64,000 nucleotides of DNA from Akkermansiaceae bacterium (GTDB lineage Bacteria > Verrucomicrobiota > Verrucomicrobiia > Verrucomicrobiales > Akkermansiaceae). A program made the position numbers and the translations under genes. Where the stretch lies: positions 1 through 64,000 of the forward strand of contig JBPOGF010000014.1 in assembly GCA_051251915.1 (NCBI GenBank), read 5' to 3'. The first letter of the stretch is position 1; each line of letters starts with the position of its first letter. The notes under the pieces are model-generated. The model searched no databases and was not told the DNA's origin. It saw nothing but the letters and a program-made list of their open reading frames with translations. Below are positions 1 to 10,068 of this stretch, in pieces.

Positions 1-70
1 CCAAGACACATATTTACAGAAATCCATCACCGAAATAACTACAGAAAATCTGCTTAAGTGAGTGCCATTC
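1..70 (+). mobile_element. Probable right end of an IS4-family element: transposase C-terminus (1-57) plus terminal inverted repeat (53-70)
   Basis: Frame 1 reads PRHIFTEIHHRNNYRKSA*. Its stop overlaps CTTAAGTGAGTGCCATTC, which resembles IS4-family ends as I recall them. The segment is A/C-rich, unlike the G/T-rich host + strand. The left part lies outside the window. Confidence 0.5.
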
Positions 71-207
71 GGGTCTGTCCAGAATGGGAATTTGTGAATG
101 ATTTCTTTAGGCCGCTTAGTTTGCGTCGTTTAGATGTGGATGGTGTTGGGTAGAATGTGAGGGTGATTACATTTCTACTTCACCTGCGCCGCCAGTGGTG
201 TTCTTAT

Positions 208-2913
208 TTATTTCTTAGGGATGGTGATGAGGGTGTAGTAGGCGGTGCTTTGGAAGTCTGAGTGGTTGGAGCCGAATGCGGTGCTTTTTAGGTTGATGCG
301 GTAGAGGCGTGGGGTTGCGCTTGGGGTGGGGCGGAGGTTTGTTTTGGTGAAGTCTTTGATGGCGATCTGGACTGATTTGTTGTCTGTGGACCATCTTGTG
401 GCTTCGATTTCTTGTTGCGTTTTATCGTGTTGTTTGGATCCGTAGGTGGATGAGTTCTCGTAATACCAGGATTCTATGACGGTGCTGTTGTAGGTGTCTT
501 GGGTGGATTTGTCTACGGGCTGGGTGAAGAAGATTTCGAATCCGTATTTACGTGCTTCAATTCTGTGGATGGCTTGGCTGGTTTTGTTGTCCCAGGTGAT
601 TTTTTGGAGTGCTGCGAGGTTTCCTCCTTTGGATGCCCAGCCGCGGCCGGTTTGACCTACCCACATTTCTCCGGTGGGTGAGAAGGTGAGGCGCATGGCT
701 CCGGATGGGAGGCCGGTGACGAAGGGGAGGACGCAGCCTTGTTCGATTCCGTTGACGGTTTCTAGGGATACGCGGTGGATGTTAGAGAGGGTTTGGTCGC
801 CTACGAAGATTTGGCCGGTGAAGGGGCCGAATTTGCCTTTTGTGGTATCCCAGACTGGGTGTCCGGGGGAGTTTGCGACGAGGGCGTGTGGGAAGAGGAC
901 GCTGGGGAGTTGGCGGTTATTGATGAGTTCGTCTCGGCGTTTGTCTAGGGTGGCGGGGGTTTCTCCTGGGAGGTCGATGAGGCCGGATGGGTTGCCGTAG
1001 AATTTGTCTTTTTCGATGACGTAGAGTCTGGATGTGCCTACGAATTCTCCTTGGTTTTCTGTATAGTAGAGTTTGTCATCTGGTGAGAATGCTAGACCTG
1101 CTGGGCTGCGGAGTCCGCTGGCGTAGGGGATGGTTTTACCGTCTGTGGTGAGCTGCATGTTCCAGCCTCTGTAGCCGCCGCTGGCGCCCATGTATTTGCC
1201 ACCGGCTTTGTAGGCGCTGTGCTTCATGTCGCTGCCTTTTGGGATGGAGTAGACTCTGTCGCCTGCGTGCTGGATGTTGAGGTTGAAGTGGATGTTGCCG
1301 TCTTTGTCGATGGCTGGGCCGTGGTTGAATGCGTGGTAGTTGCCGGCGAATCTGAATTGGTCGGTGAGGGTTTGGTAGGTGTCTGCTGTGCCGTCTTTGT
1401 CAGTGTCTGAGATGCGTGAGATTTCTGGTTTCTGGGCGACGATGAGATCACCGTCTGGCATGATGGTGAGTCCTAGGACGTCATAGGCGCCGAGGGCGTA
1501 GGGTTGCCATTGGTTGTTTTTGATTTTCCAGATGCCTGCTGCTCGTGAGCCGATGACGGGGGTGCCGTCTTGCTCGAATTCGATGGCTAGGGGCTCGAAT
1601 AGTGGTGTGGTTTCGCTGGCGTATGTGGGGCCTTGGGCTTCGGTGATGCTGAAGCCTTGGATGATGTCTTGGCCTTTGTTGTTAGAGGGTGTCCAGGCGA
1701 ATGGGGAGTTGATGACTTGTGGGAGGAGTTTGCCTTTGTCTTCTCCGGTGATTGGGTTGTTAGGGATGGCTGTCCAGGTGACTGGGGTGGAGAGGGTGGT
1801 GAGTGTCCAGGTTCCTTTTTGGTTGTCGATTTTACCGGTGCTGGCTTGGATGTTTTTGAATGCTTTGGGTGGGAAGGTGAGGGTGAGTGGTTGCTTGAGT
1901 TCTCCGGTGATGGTGGCGTTTAGGGTGCCGTTTGTGTCGATGACGAAGGTGAGGTTGACTTGGTTTCCATCTAGTGTGTAGCTGATGGTGGGTTTGTCAG
2001 TGGTGGTGTAGCTGGTGAGTTTTCCTGTGATGGATGGGAGTTTGTCTGCGAAGGCTTGTGTGTCTGTGGGGAGGTCTGTTGCGTAGCTGTTTAGGAGTGC
2101 TGCTGAGAAGGGTTTTCCTTTGGTGGTGAGTGGGGCTAGGATGGATTTGTATTGTTTTGGCCATGGGCGGGAGTCGATGCCCATTTTTGATTGTTTTCCT
2201 CCGCGGCCTTTGATTTCTCCGCGGATGTCTAGGAAGCGACCTGTCCAGATGGCGTCGATGCCGAGGGTGGAGGGGTCAAAGGAGTAGTTCTGGGCGTTGG
2301 TCTGGCCGATGTGGATGCCGCGGGCTGAGGTGCCGTTGTTAACGAAGGCGCGGTAGACGACTGTGGTGTCACGGGCGTTTACGCTGTCTGCTGCGGTGTC
2401 TGGGTTGTAGGGTGGTTGTTTACCTTTTTCTACCATGCGCTTGGCTGGGCCTGCTTTTTCTTTGGGGTTTAGAGTTAGGAAGTAGTCGTAGAGTGAGCGT
2501 TTTTCTTGGGTGGACATGATGGCCTTTGAGTAGGCGGGCATGATGGGCTGATATGCTATTCCTTTGATGTCACCTTGGGTGTTGATGGCGAGGTGACTGG
2601 CGGGGTTGGAGAGTGAGGACTGGAGGTAGAGGAAGTCTGCAGCGAGTGAGATGGTTTTATTGCTGTCGGTGTCGATGACTTGGTGTTGGGCTGGTTTTAG
2701 CTGGAAGGTTTGGTAGAGGTTGGGGCCGGTTTTGAATGAGGTGTCTCCTTGGATGACTGAGTGGCATTCCACGCAGCCTTTGGCGTGGAAGGTTTCTTTT
2801 CCTAGCTCGACCATGTCGATGAGTTCTGGCTGGGCTTGGGCGGAGGCTAGGTGTGAGCAGGCTAGGGAGAGGGTGAGTCCGAGGCTGATGGGGGTAGTGT
2901 ATTTGAGGTTCAT
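208..2913 (-). CDS. Secreted c-type cytochrome fused to a glucose/sorbosone-dehydrogenase-like beta-propeller (PVC-type)
   Basis: Signal peptide, CxxCH (CVECH) with distal Met (IMP), C-terminal propeller motifs (ASGLRSPAGL, ENQGEF, FVGDQ). Confidence 0.75.
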   Translation of the reverse strand: MNLKYTTPISLGLTLSLACSHLASAQAQPELIDMVELGKETFHAKGCVECHSVIQGDTSFKTGPNLYQTFQLKPAQHQVIDTDSNKTISLAADFLYLQSSLSNPASHLAINTQGDIKGIAYQPIMPAYSKAIMSTQEKRSLYDYFLTLNPKEKAGPAKRMVEKGKQPPYNPDTAADSVNARDTTVVYRAFVNNGTSARGIHIGQTNAQNYSFDPSTLGIDAIWTGRFLDIRGEIKGRGGKQSKMGIDSRPWPKQYKSILAPLTTKGKPFSAALLNSYATDLPTDTQAFADKLPSITGKLTSYTTTDKPTISYTLDGNQVNLTFVIDTNGTLNATITGELKQPLTLTFPPKAFKNIQASTGKIDNQKGTWTLTTLSTPVTWTAIPNNPITGEDKGKLLPQVINSPFAWTPSNNKGQDIIQGFSITEAQGPTYASETTPLFEPLAIEFEQDGTPVIGSRAAGIWKIKNNQWQPYALGAYDVLGLTIMPDGDLIVAQKPEISRISDTDKDGTADTYQTLTDQFRFAGNYHAFNHGPAIDKDGNIHFNLNIQHAGDRVYSIPKGSDMKHSAYKAGGKYMGASGGYRGWNMQLTTDGKTIPYASGLRSPAGLAFSPDDKLYYTENQGEFVGTSRLYVIEKDKFYGNPSGLIDLPGETPATLDKRRDELINNRQLPSVLFPHALVANSPGHPVWDTTKGKFGPFTGQIFVGDQTLSNIHRVSLETVNGIEQGCVLPFVTGLPSGAMRLTFSPTGEMWVGQTGRGWASKGGNLAALQKITWDNKTSQAIHRIEARKYGFEIFFTQPVDKSTQDTYNSTVIESWYYENSSTYGSKQHDKTQQEIEATRWSTDNKSVQIAIKDFTKTNLRPTPSATPRLYRINLKSTAFGSNHSDFQSTAYYTLITIPKK

Positions 2914-2953
2914 GGTGAAAGTTTGGTGGGTGTTGGTGTTGGTGTGGGTGTTA

Positions 2954-4066
2954 TTACTTGAGTAGGTCTGCGACTTTGAATGTTTCTTGGTCTTTGGCGC
3001 TCATTCCTGGGGCGTTTGTGAGGGTGATGGTGGTGCCGTCTGGTGACCATTTTGCGGAGGTGACGTAGCGGCTACCGAAGACGTGGTCTTGGCGGTTTCC
3101 TTTGATGGTGAATTGAGATTTTCCGATGTCGAGGAGGTAGGGTTTGGTGTCATCGTCTGGGGCGTGTTCTTTGAGGAGTAGGATGTCAGAGGTGGGGCTG
3201 AATGCTATTGGTTTGGCGTCTTTGATGGTGGCGATTTTTTCACCATTTTTCCAGATTTCTGTGAGTCCTTGTCCTTCGGCTGGGAGGGGGACGAATGTTG
3301 CTTTGAAGCCTGTGGGTGAGGTGAGTGGGTCGTTGATGAGTTTTTGGATGACGGGGATGAGTGCGTCTGTCCAGATCTTGTATCCTTTGGCTTTTGGGTG
3401 GAGGAGGTCTGGCATGATTTCTTTTGTGAGGGTGCCGTCTGGTGTGAGGAAATTTTTGTTGATGTCTAGGTAGTGGACGTAGTTTCTCTTTCCTAGCTGG
3501 GCGATGGTTTGGTTGACTTGGGTGTTGACGATGCGCAAGGGGTCAGTGGGGGTGGCGCCGCGTGGGAAGATGGCGTGGAGGATGATTTGGGTTCTTGGTG
3601 AGCGCTGGTGGATTTCGTCGATGATGATTTTGATAGCGTCTGCGGTGTCTTGTGGGGGTTTGGGTTGGCGGCTGCCGGTGTTGTTGGTGCCGATCATGAC
3701 TACGGCGACTTTTGGGTTGAGGGTTTCTGGGAATGCGCCGTTTTGGAGTCTCCAGATGACGTGCTGGGTTTGGTCTCCGCTGATGCCGAGGTTGAGGGCG
3801 TTGTATTGGGTGAAGTTGTCTTTCCAAAGTTGTCTGCCGGGAGTTTGCCATGCTTGGGTGATGGAGTCACCGATGAAGACTAGCTGGCATTTATCTGCTG
3901 TGGTGTTGGCGTTTTTGACTTGGTTGTTGTGGCGGTTTAACCAGAAGTCTCCGCGGGGGACTGGGGTGGAGGAGACGGTGGTGGTGGGTGCATCAGGTGT
4001 GGTTGTCTGAGCGTAGAGTGGGGAAGCTGCGGTGAGGAGTGCGATGATGGGTGCAATGCTTTTCAT
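2954..4066 (-). CDS. SGNH/GDSL hydrolase (PAF-acetylhydrolase-like) with extra C-terminal domain
   Basis: GDSIT, GISGD, IGTNN and DLLH catalytic blocks; signal peptide. Confidence 0.85.
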   Translation of the reverse strand: MKSIAPIIALLTAASPLYAQTTTPDAPTTTVSSTPVPRGDFWLNRHNNQVKNANTTADKCQLVFIGDSITQAWQTPGRQLWKDNFTQYNALNLGISGDQTQHVIWRLQNGAFPETLNPKVAVVMIGTNNTGSRQPKPPQDTADAIKIIIDEIHQRSPRTQIILHAIFPRGATPTDPLRIVNTQVNQTIAQLGKRNYVHYLDINKNFLTPDGTLTKEIMPDLLHPKAKGYKIWTDALIPVIQKLINDPLTSPTGFKATFVPLPAEGQGLTEIWKNGEKIATIKDAKPIAFSPTSDILLLKEHAPDDDTKPYLLDIGKSQFTIKGNRQDHVFGSRYVTSAKWSPDGTTITLTNAPGMSAKDQETFKVADLLK

Positions 4067-4295
4067 GATGCTATAGTATGGTGGTTGTGTTTTTTTACCA
4101 TCCAGAAGATCTTATTCTTTCAATTATACCGTTTGGGCTTTTAAATAGGACAATAGTGGAACCTTCTTAAGGTTAGGGATAGCTAGGTGAGTGTGGTGCG
4201 TTAATGATAGATTTGTTTGATTGTGTTGTTTTTCAGAATTTACTGAAAAAATAATATACATGGGGTTGGTGTGTTTATGAGTTGTGTGCTAGGGT

Positions 4296-5012
4296 GTGAT
4301 TATGATGAGAAAATCTGTTTTAATTGTTGGGGGGAATAGTGGGATAGGTGCAGAGGTGGTGAAGCAGTCACTTGCGGCAGGGTATAAGGTGCATTTGGCG
4401 CTGCGGAAAACGGAGGAGATTTCTGAGAGTGTGGATAGTGTGCAGTATTATGATGCTTTAGTTGGAGGTGAGAGTGAGCTTGTATTGCCAGATGTGCTTG
4501 ATGCTTTGATTTACTGTCCTGGTACGATTCAGTTGAAGTCATTTCACCTGATTGATAGTGAGCAGATGAGGGCGGATATGGAGGTGAATGTCTTTGGTGC
4601 GGCACGGATGGTGCAGGCGGCGTTGCCTGCTTTGAAGAATTCGCTATCTGCGGGTGGTGCATCTGTGGTGATGTTTTCATCTGTGGCTGCGCGGACGGGG
4701 TTTGCCTTTCACGCTTCGGTCAGTATGGCGAAGGGAGCGCTGGAGGGACTGACTTGTAGTTTAGCTAGTGAGCTAGCTTCTGCTGGGGTTAGAGTGAATG
4801 CGATAGCGCCGGGGCTGACAGATACGCCGTTAGTGAATAGGTTACTGAATTCTGATGAGAAGCGAGCCAAGTCTGCTGCTCGTCATCCTATTCAAAGGAT
4901 AGGTGCTGCTTCTGGTGTGGCTAGCTTGGTGAGTTATTTGGTGAGTGATGATGCTGCGTTTGTGACGGGGCAGGTATTTAATGTTGATGGGGGGATGAGT
5001 TCGTTAAGGTAA
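4296..5012 (+). CDS. Short-chain dehydrogenase/reductase
   Basis: GGNSGIG Rossmann motif, RVNAIAPG, VTGQVFNVDGG. The true start may be one of the nearby ATGs. Confidence 0.9.
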   Translation: MIMMRKSVLIVGGNSGIGAEVVKQSLAAGYKVHLALRKTEEISESVDSVQYYDALVGGESELVLPDVLDALIYCPGTIQLKSFHLIDSEQMRADMEVNVFGAARMVQAALPALKNSLSAGGASVVMFSSVAARTGFAFHASVSMAKGALEGLTCSLASELASAGVRVNAIAPGLTDTPLVNRLLNSDEKRAKSAARHPIQRIGAASGVASLVSYLVSDDAAFVTGQVFNVDGGMSSLR

Positions 5013-5053
5013 TTTTGAATGTAGAATGTGGAATTTTGAATTTGGGAGGAGTT

Positions 5054-5076
5054 ATCGACTGGGAGGTCGATGTTAC
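5054..5076 (-). repeat. REP-like palindrome (GTAAC-ATCGAC-CTCCCA-GTCGAT on the minus strand)
   Basis: Intergenic 6-bp stem with a GTAA lead-in, preceded by 7-mer GAATNNN repeats at ~5012-5042. Confidence 0.5.
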
Positions 5077-5088
5077 GGGTGAATTTGT

Positions 5089-6561
5089 ATGAGTGAGAGT
5101 ATTGAAAAGACGGTTTTGGTGACGGGTGCTAATGGATACATTGGCACTCGGTTGATACAGGCTCTGGGTGAGCGTGGGTATAGGATACTGGCGGTGGTTC
5201 GGAATAGGAATAGGTTGCGACAGGAGCTGGTGGATTCTTTAGGGGGGCAGTTGGAGATTATTGAGGCTGATTTTAGTGTGGAGGAGTTACCGCAGATTTC
5301 TGAGAAGGTGGATGCTGCTTATTATTTGTTGCATTCTATGAGTTCCGAGGGGGATTTTATGGATGCGGAGGCTGAGTGTGCGAATCATTTTGCTTCATGG
5401 ATCAGAGGTTCTGGCTGTGGGCAGATCGTTTACCTTGGTGCGCTGTTGCCTCAGGATGTGGAAGGGACTGTGCTGTCGAAGCATATGAAATCTAGGGAGA
5501 ATGTGCAGCGTATTTTAGAGGGTTCTATGGTGCCTCTGACTACTTTACGGGCTTCGATTATTGTGGGTAGTGGGAGTGCTAGTTTTGAGATTATTAGGGA
5601 CTTGGTGGAGAAGTTGCCGGTGATGATTACTCCTAAGTGGGCGAGTACGGAGTGTCAGCCTATTGCGATCAGGAACATTATTTATTATTTGGTGGGGGTG
5701 ATTGAGAGTGAGGTTTGTAAAGGTGAAGATTATGATGTGGGTGGGCCTGAGCAGTTGAGTTATGGTGATATGTTGAGGAGCTATGCGAAGATACGAAAGT
5801 TGACTCGGTTGATCATACCTGTGCCATTTTTTAGTGCTAAGTTGTCGTCTCATTGGTTGCAGTTATTTACGGCAACGAATTTTCATCTGGCGAAGAACTT
5901 GATTGATAGTTTGAGTATGAAGACGGTGTGTGGTGATGACCGAATTACGGAGGTGATTCCGCAGACGTTGCTGACTTATGATGAGGCTATTGATAAGGCG
6001 TTTTCTAAGATTGCGCAGAATATGGTGCCTTCTACTTGGTATGGCTCGCTGGTGAGTGGTTCGTTGACCCATGAGCAGTTGGCGAATGTGAATGTGCCGG
6101 AGCATGGTGTTTTCAAGGATGATAGGTCTCGGGAAATTACGGTTTCTAAGGATGAGTGTATTGATGCTATTTGGAGTTTGGGTGGTAGGGCTGGGTGGCC
6201 ATCAATGCAGTGGGCGTGGAAGATTAGAGGGGTGATGGATAAGATGGTGGGAGGGATAGGGATGCGCCGAGGGAGGAGGCATCCTAGTGAGTTGAGTGCT
6301 GGGGATGCGCTGGATTTTTGGAGAGTTATTTTGGCGGATAGGAAGCGTGGGAGGTTGATTTTGTATGCGGAGATGAAGTTGCCAGGTGAGGCTTGGCTGG
6401 AGTATGAGGTTGATGGTGATCGGTTACATCAGGTTGCGACGTTTCGGCCAAAGGGTGTGTTTGGGCGGGTGTATTGGTATGCGGTGTATCCGTTGCATTT
6501 GATTATATTTCCGCAGATGTTGAGGCGTTTGGCGAGTGGGTGGAAGAATAGGGAATCGTGA
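5089..6561 (+). CDS. NAD(P)-binding SDR-like protein with C-terminal DUF2867 (YbjT-like)
   Basis: TGANGYIG; LRASIIVGSGSASFE; C-terminal DFWRV, AEMKLPGEAWLE, GRVYWYAVYPLH. Confidence 0.9.
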   Translation: MSESIEKTVLVTGANGYIGTRLIQALGERGYRILAVVRNRNRLRQELVDSLGGQLEIIEADFSVEELPQISEKVDAAYYLLHSMSSEGDFMDAEAECANHFASWIRGSGCGQIVYLGALLPQDVEGTVLSKHMKSRENVQRILEGSMVPLTTLRASIIVGSGSASFEIIRDLVEKLPVMITPKWASTECQPIAIRNIIYYLVGVIESEVCKGEDYDVGGPEQLSYGDMLRSYAKIRKLTRLIIPVPFFSAKLSSHWLQLFTATNFHLAKNLIDSLSMKTVCGDDRITEVIPQTLLTYDEAIDKAFSKIAQNMVPSTWYGSLVSGSLTHEQLANVNVPEHGVFKDDRSREITVSKDECIDAIWSLGGRAGWPSMQWAWKIRGVMDKMVGGIGMRRGRRHPSELSAGDALDFWRVILADRKRGRLILYAEMKLPGEAWLEYEVDGDRLHQVATFRPKGVFGRVYWYAVYPLHLIIFPQMLRRLASGWKNRES

Positions 6562-6598
6562 TGCGGGCTTGATGGGATTTCATGAAAAGTGCGATTGA

Positions 6599-6627
6599 TG
6601 CATCCATTTTGTAAAATAAATCGTTTT
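6599..6627 (+). promoter_or_regulatory. Putative autoregulatory ECF promoter (TGCATCC-N16-CGTTTT)
   Basis: Resembles the RpoE/ChrR-type TGATCC...CGTA promoter and sits directly upstream of the ECF sigma gene. Confidence 0.5.
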
Positions 6628-6632
6628 AATGG

Positions 6633-7313
6633 TTGATGACGCCTTCAATAGCACCTTCAATCTTTGCATTGCCAACCCTCCTCAGAGAGGGCTGGGAAAT
6701 TGATGAGCAGATTAAGATGATACCAGATAAAACAGAAACTAGAGTAGTGCCTATGGTTGATTCCGGGATGCATCTCTCTGTTGAAGCAACAGCTGAGCTT
6801 CTAGCTCGAGTTTCTAAGCATGATGTGAATGCTCTGTCAGATCTGTATGAAGCACATGCTGGGTTGCTGATGTCGGTAATCATGGCAGTCTTGAATAATA
6901 AGGCTGAGTCTGAGGATATTCTTCAGGATAGTTTCTTGGCTATATGGAATAAGGCAGGAATGTATAGTCCTCATCTGGGTAAGCCGACTAGCTGGATGGT
7001 AACTCTTGCTAAGAATAAGGCTTATGATCGGTATCGGAAGCTGATGCGTCAGTCTGAGGGGATGGTGGTGTTGAAGGATAATTATATTGTGAAGCAAGAG
7101 ACTGCGGTTCTGGCACCACAGGCGGAGAATGAGGAATTGCTGGCGGGATTCCAGGATCTTAATCCAGACCAGCAAGAGGCGATAGAGCTGGTATTTTATC
7201 AAGGTTTAACTCAGCAAGAAGCTGCTGAGAAGCTAGAGGCGCCGTTAGGGACGGTGAAAGCACGTATTCGACGCGGGCTTTTGAAACTTAAACAATGCCT
7301 CAGTAAGGATTAA
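6633..7313 (+). CDS. ECF sigma-70 factor (RpoE/SigK-like)
   Basis: Region 2 EDILQDSFLAIW...SWMVTLAKNKAYD; region 4 GLTQQEAAEKLEAPLGTVKARIRRGL. The true start is probably a downstream ATG. Confidence 0.92.
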   Translation: MMTPSIAPSIFALPTLLREGWEIDEQIKMIPDKTETRVVPMVDSGMHLSVEATAELLARVSKHDVNALSDLYEAHAGLLMSVIMAVLNNKAESEDILQDSFLAIWNKAGMYSPHLGKPTSWMVTLAKNKAYDRYRKLMRQSEGMVVLKDNYIVKQETAVLAPQAENEELLAGFQDLNPDQQEAIELVFYQGLTQQEAAEKLEAPLGTVKARIRRGLLKLKQCLSKD

Positions 7314-7325
7314 TTTGAAGTAACC

Positions 7326-7979
7326 ATGTCTATAATGAGTAAAGAACAGGTAGAGGATTTGGCGATTCAGTATGCGACCGAGGGGTTAGATGCTGAGGGG
7401 CAAGTGATCTATGATGCATGGATTCTCACGGCGAGTGATGAGGAGAAGCAGGTATTCGCTGAGATGGTGGATGTGTGTGCTGATGTTTCACTGAGTGCGG
7501 TGGATCTGACAAAGGTGGAAATTTCTCGATCAGTGAAAGCTGATCTGCTTAAGAAGGTAGAAAAGTCATCTGAGCAGGATGGGGTGATGTTGGTGCGTGA
7601 GGGTGATCAGGAATGGATAAATTTGCCGGTGAAGGGGGCTCAGTTGTTAGAGTTGTCTGCGCGTAAGGAGGATGGGTTTGTGGTGTCGATGATCGATGTG
7701 AAGCCTGGGAGTGAGTTTCCTGCACATGATCATCATGGGGTGGAGATGGCTTATATTTTAGAGGGTGACTTGGAGTCTGATGGGGTGATGCTGAATGCGG
7801 GGGATTTTTTCCGAGCAGATGCAGGGACTCATCATGGGAAGCATTTTTCACCGAGTGGTTGCAGGGCGTTGATTGTGACAGCAAGTGAGAATTATCATCA
7901 TAAGACGATGAAGACGCTTGGTGCTGTGCAGAAGGCGTATCGGAAAATCAAGGGGGTGTTTGCCTCAAGTAATCATTAA
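7326..7979 (+). CDS. ChrR-like anti-sigma factor with cupin domain
   Basis: Immediately follows the ECF gene; cupin metal motif HDHHGVEMAYILEG...AGTHH. Confidence 0.8.
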   Translation: MSIMSKEQVEDLAIQYATEGLDAEGQVIYDAWILTASDEEKQVFAEMVDVCADVSLSAVDLTKVEISRSVKADLLKKVEKSSEQDGVMLVREGDQEWINLPVKGAQLLELSARKEDGFVVSMIDVKPGSEFPAHDHHGVEMAYILEGDLESDGVMLNAGDFFRADAGTHHGKHFSPSGCRALIVTASENYHHKTMKTLGAVQKAYRKIKGVFASSNH

Positions 7980-7991
7980 CTTTTTGGACTG

Positions 7992-8861
7992 GTGATGAAC
8001 TACAAGAAATTTGCTTATCAAAGCGCTGTGTGTAGCTGTATGTGCGTGGGAGGGATGATGAACTTGAGTTGTGTGCATCAGACGCAGAAAGGGTTGGCTG
8101 GCGAGAGGATAAAGGTGGGGTATACTTGTGTTAAGGATATCACTTATACTCCGGAGGGGTGGAAGCAGGTGGTGAAGGGGGACTTTTATAAGCCGAAGGT
8201 TGCGGGTAAAACTCCTGTGGTGCTGCTAGTGCATGGTGGTGGATGGGCTGAGAATGATAATCGGTATCAGATGGGGGGGATTGCGCGTAAGCTTGCGAGG
8301 CAGGGTGTTGCGGTGTTTAACGTGACGTATAGGTTGGCTCCAGAGTTTCATTTTCCTGCGCCGGTGGATGATTTAGTTGAGGCATTAAAATGGCTCAAAT
8401 ATAATGAGGAGCAACTTGAAATAGATACAGAACGTACTGCTGTTTATGGATACTCGGCTGGTGGTCATTTAGCTGAGCTAGCAGCGATGCGCGAGATGCC
8501 AGCTGGTGTAAAGATCAAGGCTGTAGTAGCTGGTGGGACGCCGCATTTTATGCGTGTGGATCCGGATTTTCCGTTAGTTAAGGATTTTATTGGTGAGTCT
8601 TATGATGAGTCACCAGAGTTGTATGAACAGGCTACACCGGTGGACCAGGTGACTAAGGATTTTCCGCCAGTATTTATTTATCATGGCAGTGAGGATGATT
8701 TAGTGCCTCCTCTTCATGTTAAGCACTGGGAGAAACGACTTAAGGAACTGGGTGTTGAGCATGAGATATACTGGGTGAAGGGGAGAGGGCATATTGGGAC
8801 GTTTTTAATTCCTCAAGGGTCGGTTAGTCATGCGATAGATTTTTTAAGGAAAAAGTTGTGA
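7992..8861 (+). CDS. Alpha/beta hydrolase (HSL-like esterase), possible lipoprotein
   Basis: HGGGW, GYSAGG nucleophile elbow, HGSEDDLVP, GRGH. Confidence 0.9.
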   Translation: MMNYKKFAYQSAVCSCMCVGGMMNLSCVHQTQKGLAGERIKVGYTCVKDITYTPEGWKQVVKGDFYKPKVAGKTPVVLLVHGGGWAENDNRYQMGGIARKLARQGVAVFNVTYRLAPEFHFPAPVDDLVEALKWLKYNEEQLEIDTERTAVYGYSAGGHLAELAAMREMPAGVKIKAVVAGGTPHFMRVDPDFPLVKDFIGESYDESPELYEQATPVDQVTKDFPPVFIYHGSEDDLVPPLHVKHWEKRLKELGVEHEIYWVKGRGHIGTFLIPQGSVSHAIDFLRKKL

Positions 8862-9049
8862 TCTTGGTGAGTAGCTCCGAATTACGCTGAGCAAATATGG
8901 CGAACTAGTTTATATTTTCCTAGCTTGGTTGCTCTGAAACTGGAATAGAGAAATAATGATAGTAGGGTTTAGTGCATTCATTTAAATTACTTTATTGCGA
9001 ATGTGTGAGAAAACCGCATAATTTGTACAAGTGAACCGTTATTAAAATC

Positions 9050-9427
9050 ATGCATAGATACACAAAACTTGGTTTAGGAGTCTTTCTATTCTTTGCCTTT
9101 ATACACATCTTTTCTAAGGATATTACTTGGTCGGATGTTGCTGGTTGGGGAGGGCAAGTGGAGGCGACTGCATTTTATTCTAAACAGAAATCACTTGAGG
9201 CGATCTGTGGGTATTTGATGTTGTTGGGGGTGGGGATGATGTTGATTGGGTTGTGGGAGAGGAGAGATGCTGTTGGAGGGCGTGGTGGGGTGAGGGTTCC
9301 TAGTCCATTGAGTGAGGAGGAGGCAGATGGTTTTAGGGAGTGGTTGGCTGGCGATATTTCAAGGAAGTATCATAGTAAGCAATCACAGGTGGAGCAGTAT
9401 CGGAGCTATGCTTTAAAAGGGAAATAG
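9050..9427 (+). CDS. Hypothetical two-helix membrane protein
   Basis: ATG start, two hydrophobic segments, host-like composition. Confidence 0.6.
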   Translation: MHRYTKLGLGVFLFFAFIHIFSKDITWSDVAGWGGQVEATAFYSKQKSLEAICGYLMLLGVGMMLIGLWERRDAVGGRGGVRVPSPLSEEEADGFREWLAGDISRKYHSKQSQVEQYRSYALKGK

Positions 9428-9432
9428 GGGGT

Positions 9433-9981
9433 ATGAGACGTGTGACTGTAGAGGAGATAAAGGAGATGCACGCTTCAGGATACTGAGGTGATGGTTTGAA
9501 GGATGCAGTTTTGCTATTCGAACTAGGGATGAAAGCAGATAGACTTATAGATGAGATTACTGATGGGTTTAGTGGGGTGAAACTGGGTGTTGGTATCGGT
9601 TTGCGAGAGGCACAGGGTTTAGATAATTACGAGACTGAAGAGGTGTGTGCTTTAAATAGAGAGCGAGATGAAAAAGAGGATTGGTCAAAGATTAGTTCTA
9701 ATGATCTGAATGAGTGCTATAGTAGTTTGTCTTTTTTTGATTCTCTGGGATTAAGGTTTCATTTGCCTGCTTTTATGGTTGCGGAGTTGCGAGGGGAGTA
9801 TGAGCATAAATTGTCATTTTGTTTTACCTACTTGAAGGAGCATTGCAGAAAGAGGTTTGATTTTTTGTCACCGGATCAGCGTGGTGTTGTTCGGAGGTTT
9901 TTGATGTTTCTGTTAGAGCATCCTGATTACGAGTTTGATAGGGAGGATATTGAGCGTGCTTTGGAGGTTTATTGGAGGTGA
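9433..9981 (+). pseudogene. DUF6714-like protein with an in-frame TGA at 9484-9486 (interrupted gene, or translated from a downstream start)
   Basis: ATG 9433 has an AGGGGG RBS and is in frame with ORF 9496-9981 (FSGVKLGVGIGLREAQGLDNY...SFFDSLGLRFHLPAFM). Confidence 0.55.
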
Positions 9982-10068
9982 TTATTTGATATTGGTGATT
10001 TTGGGTGGATCATGTTATGAGTATTACTTAGAAGATTGATTATCGAAATCTGTCTCATGTAGAATTTT

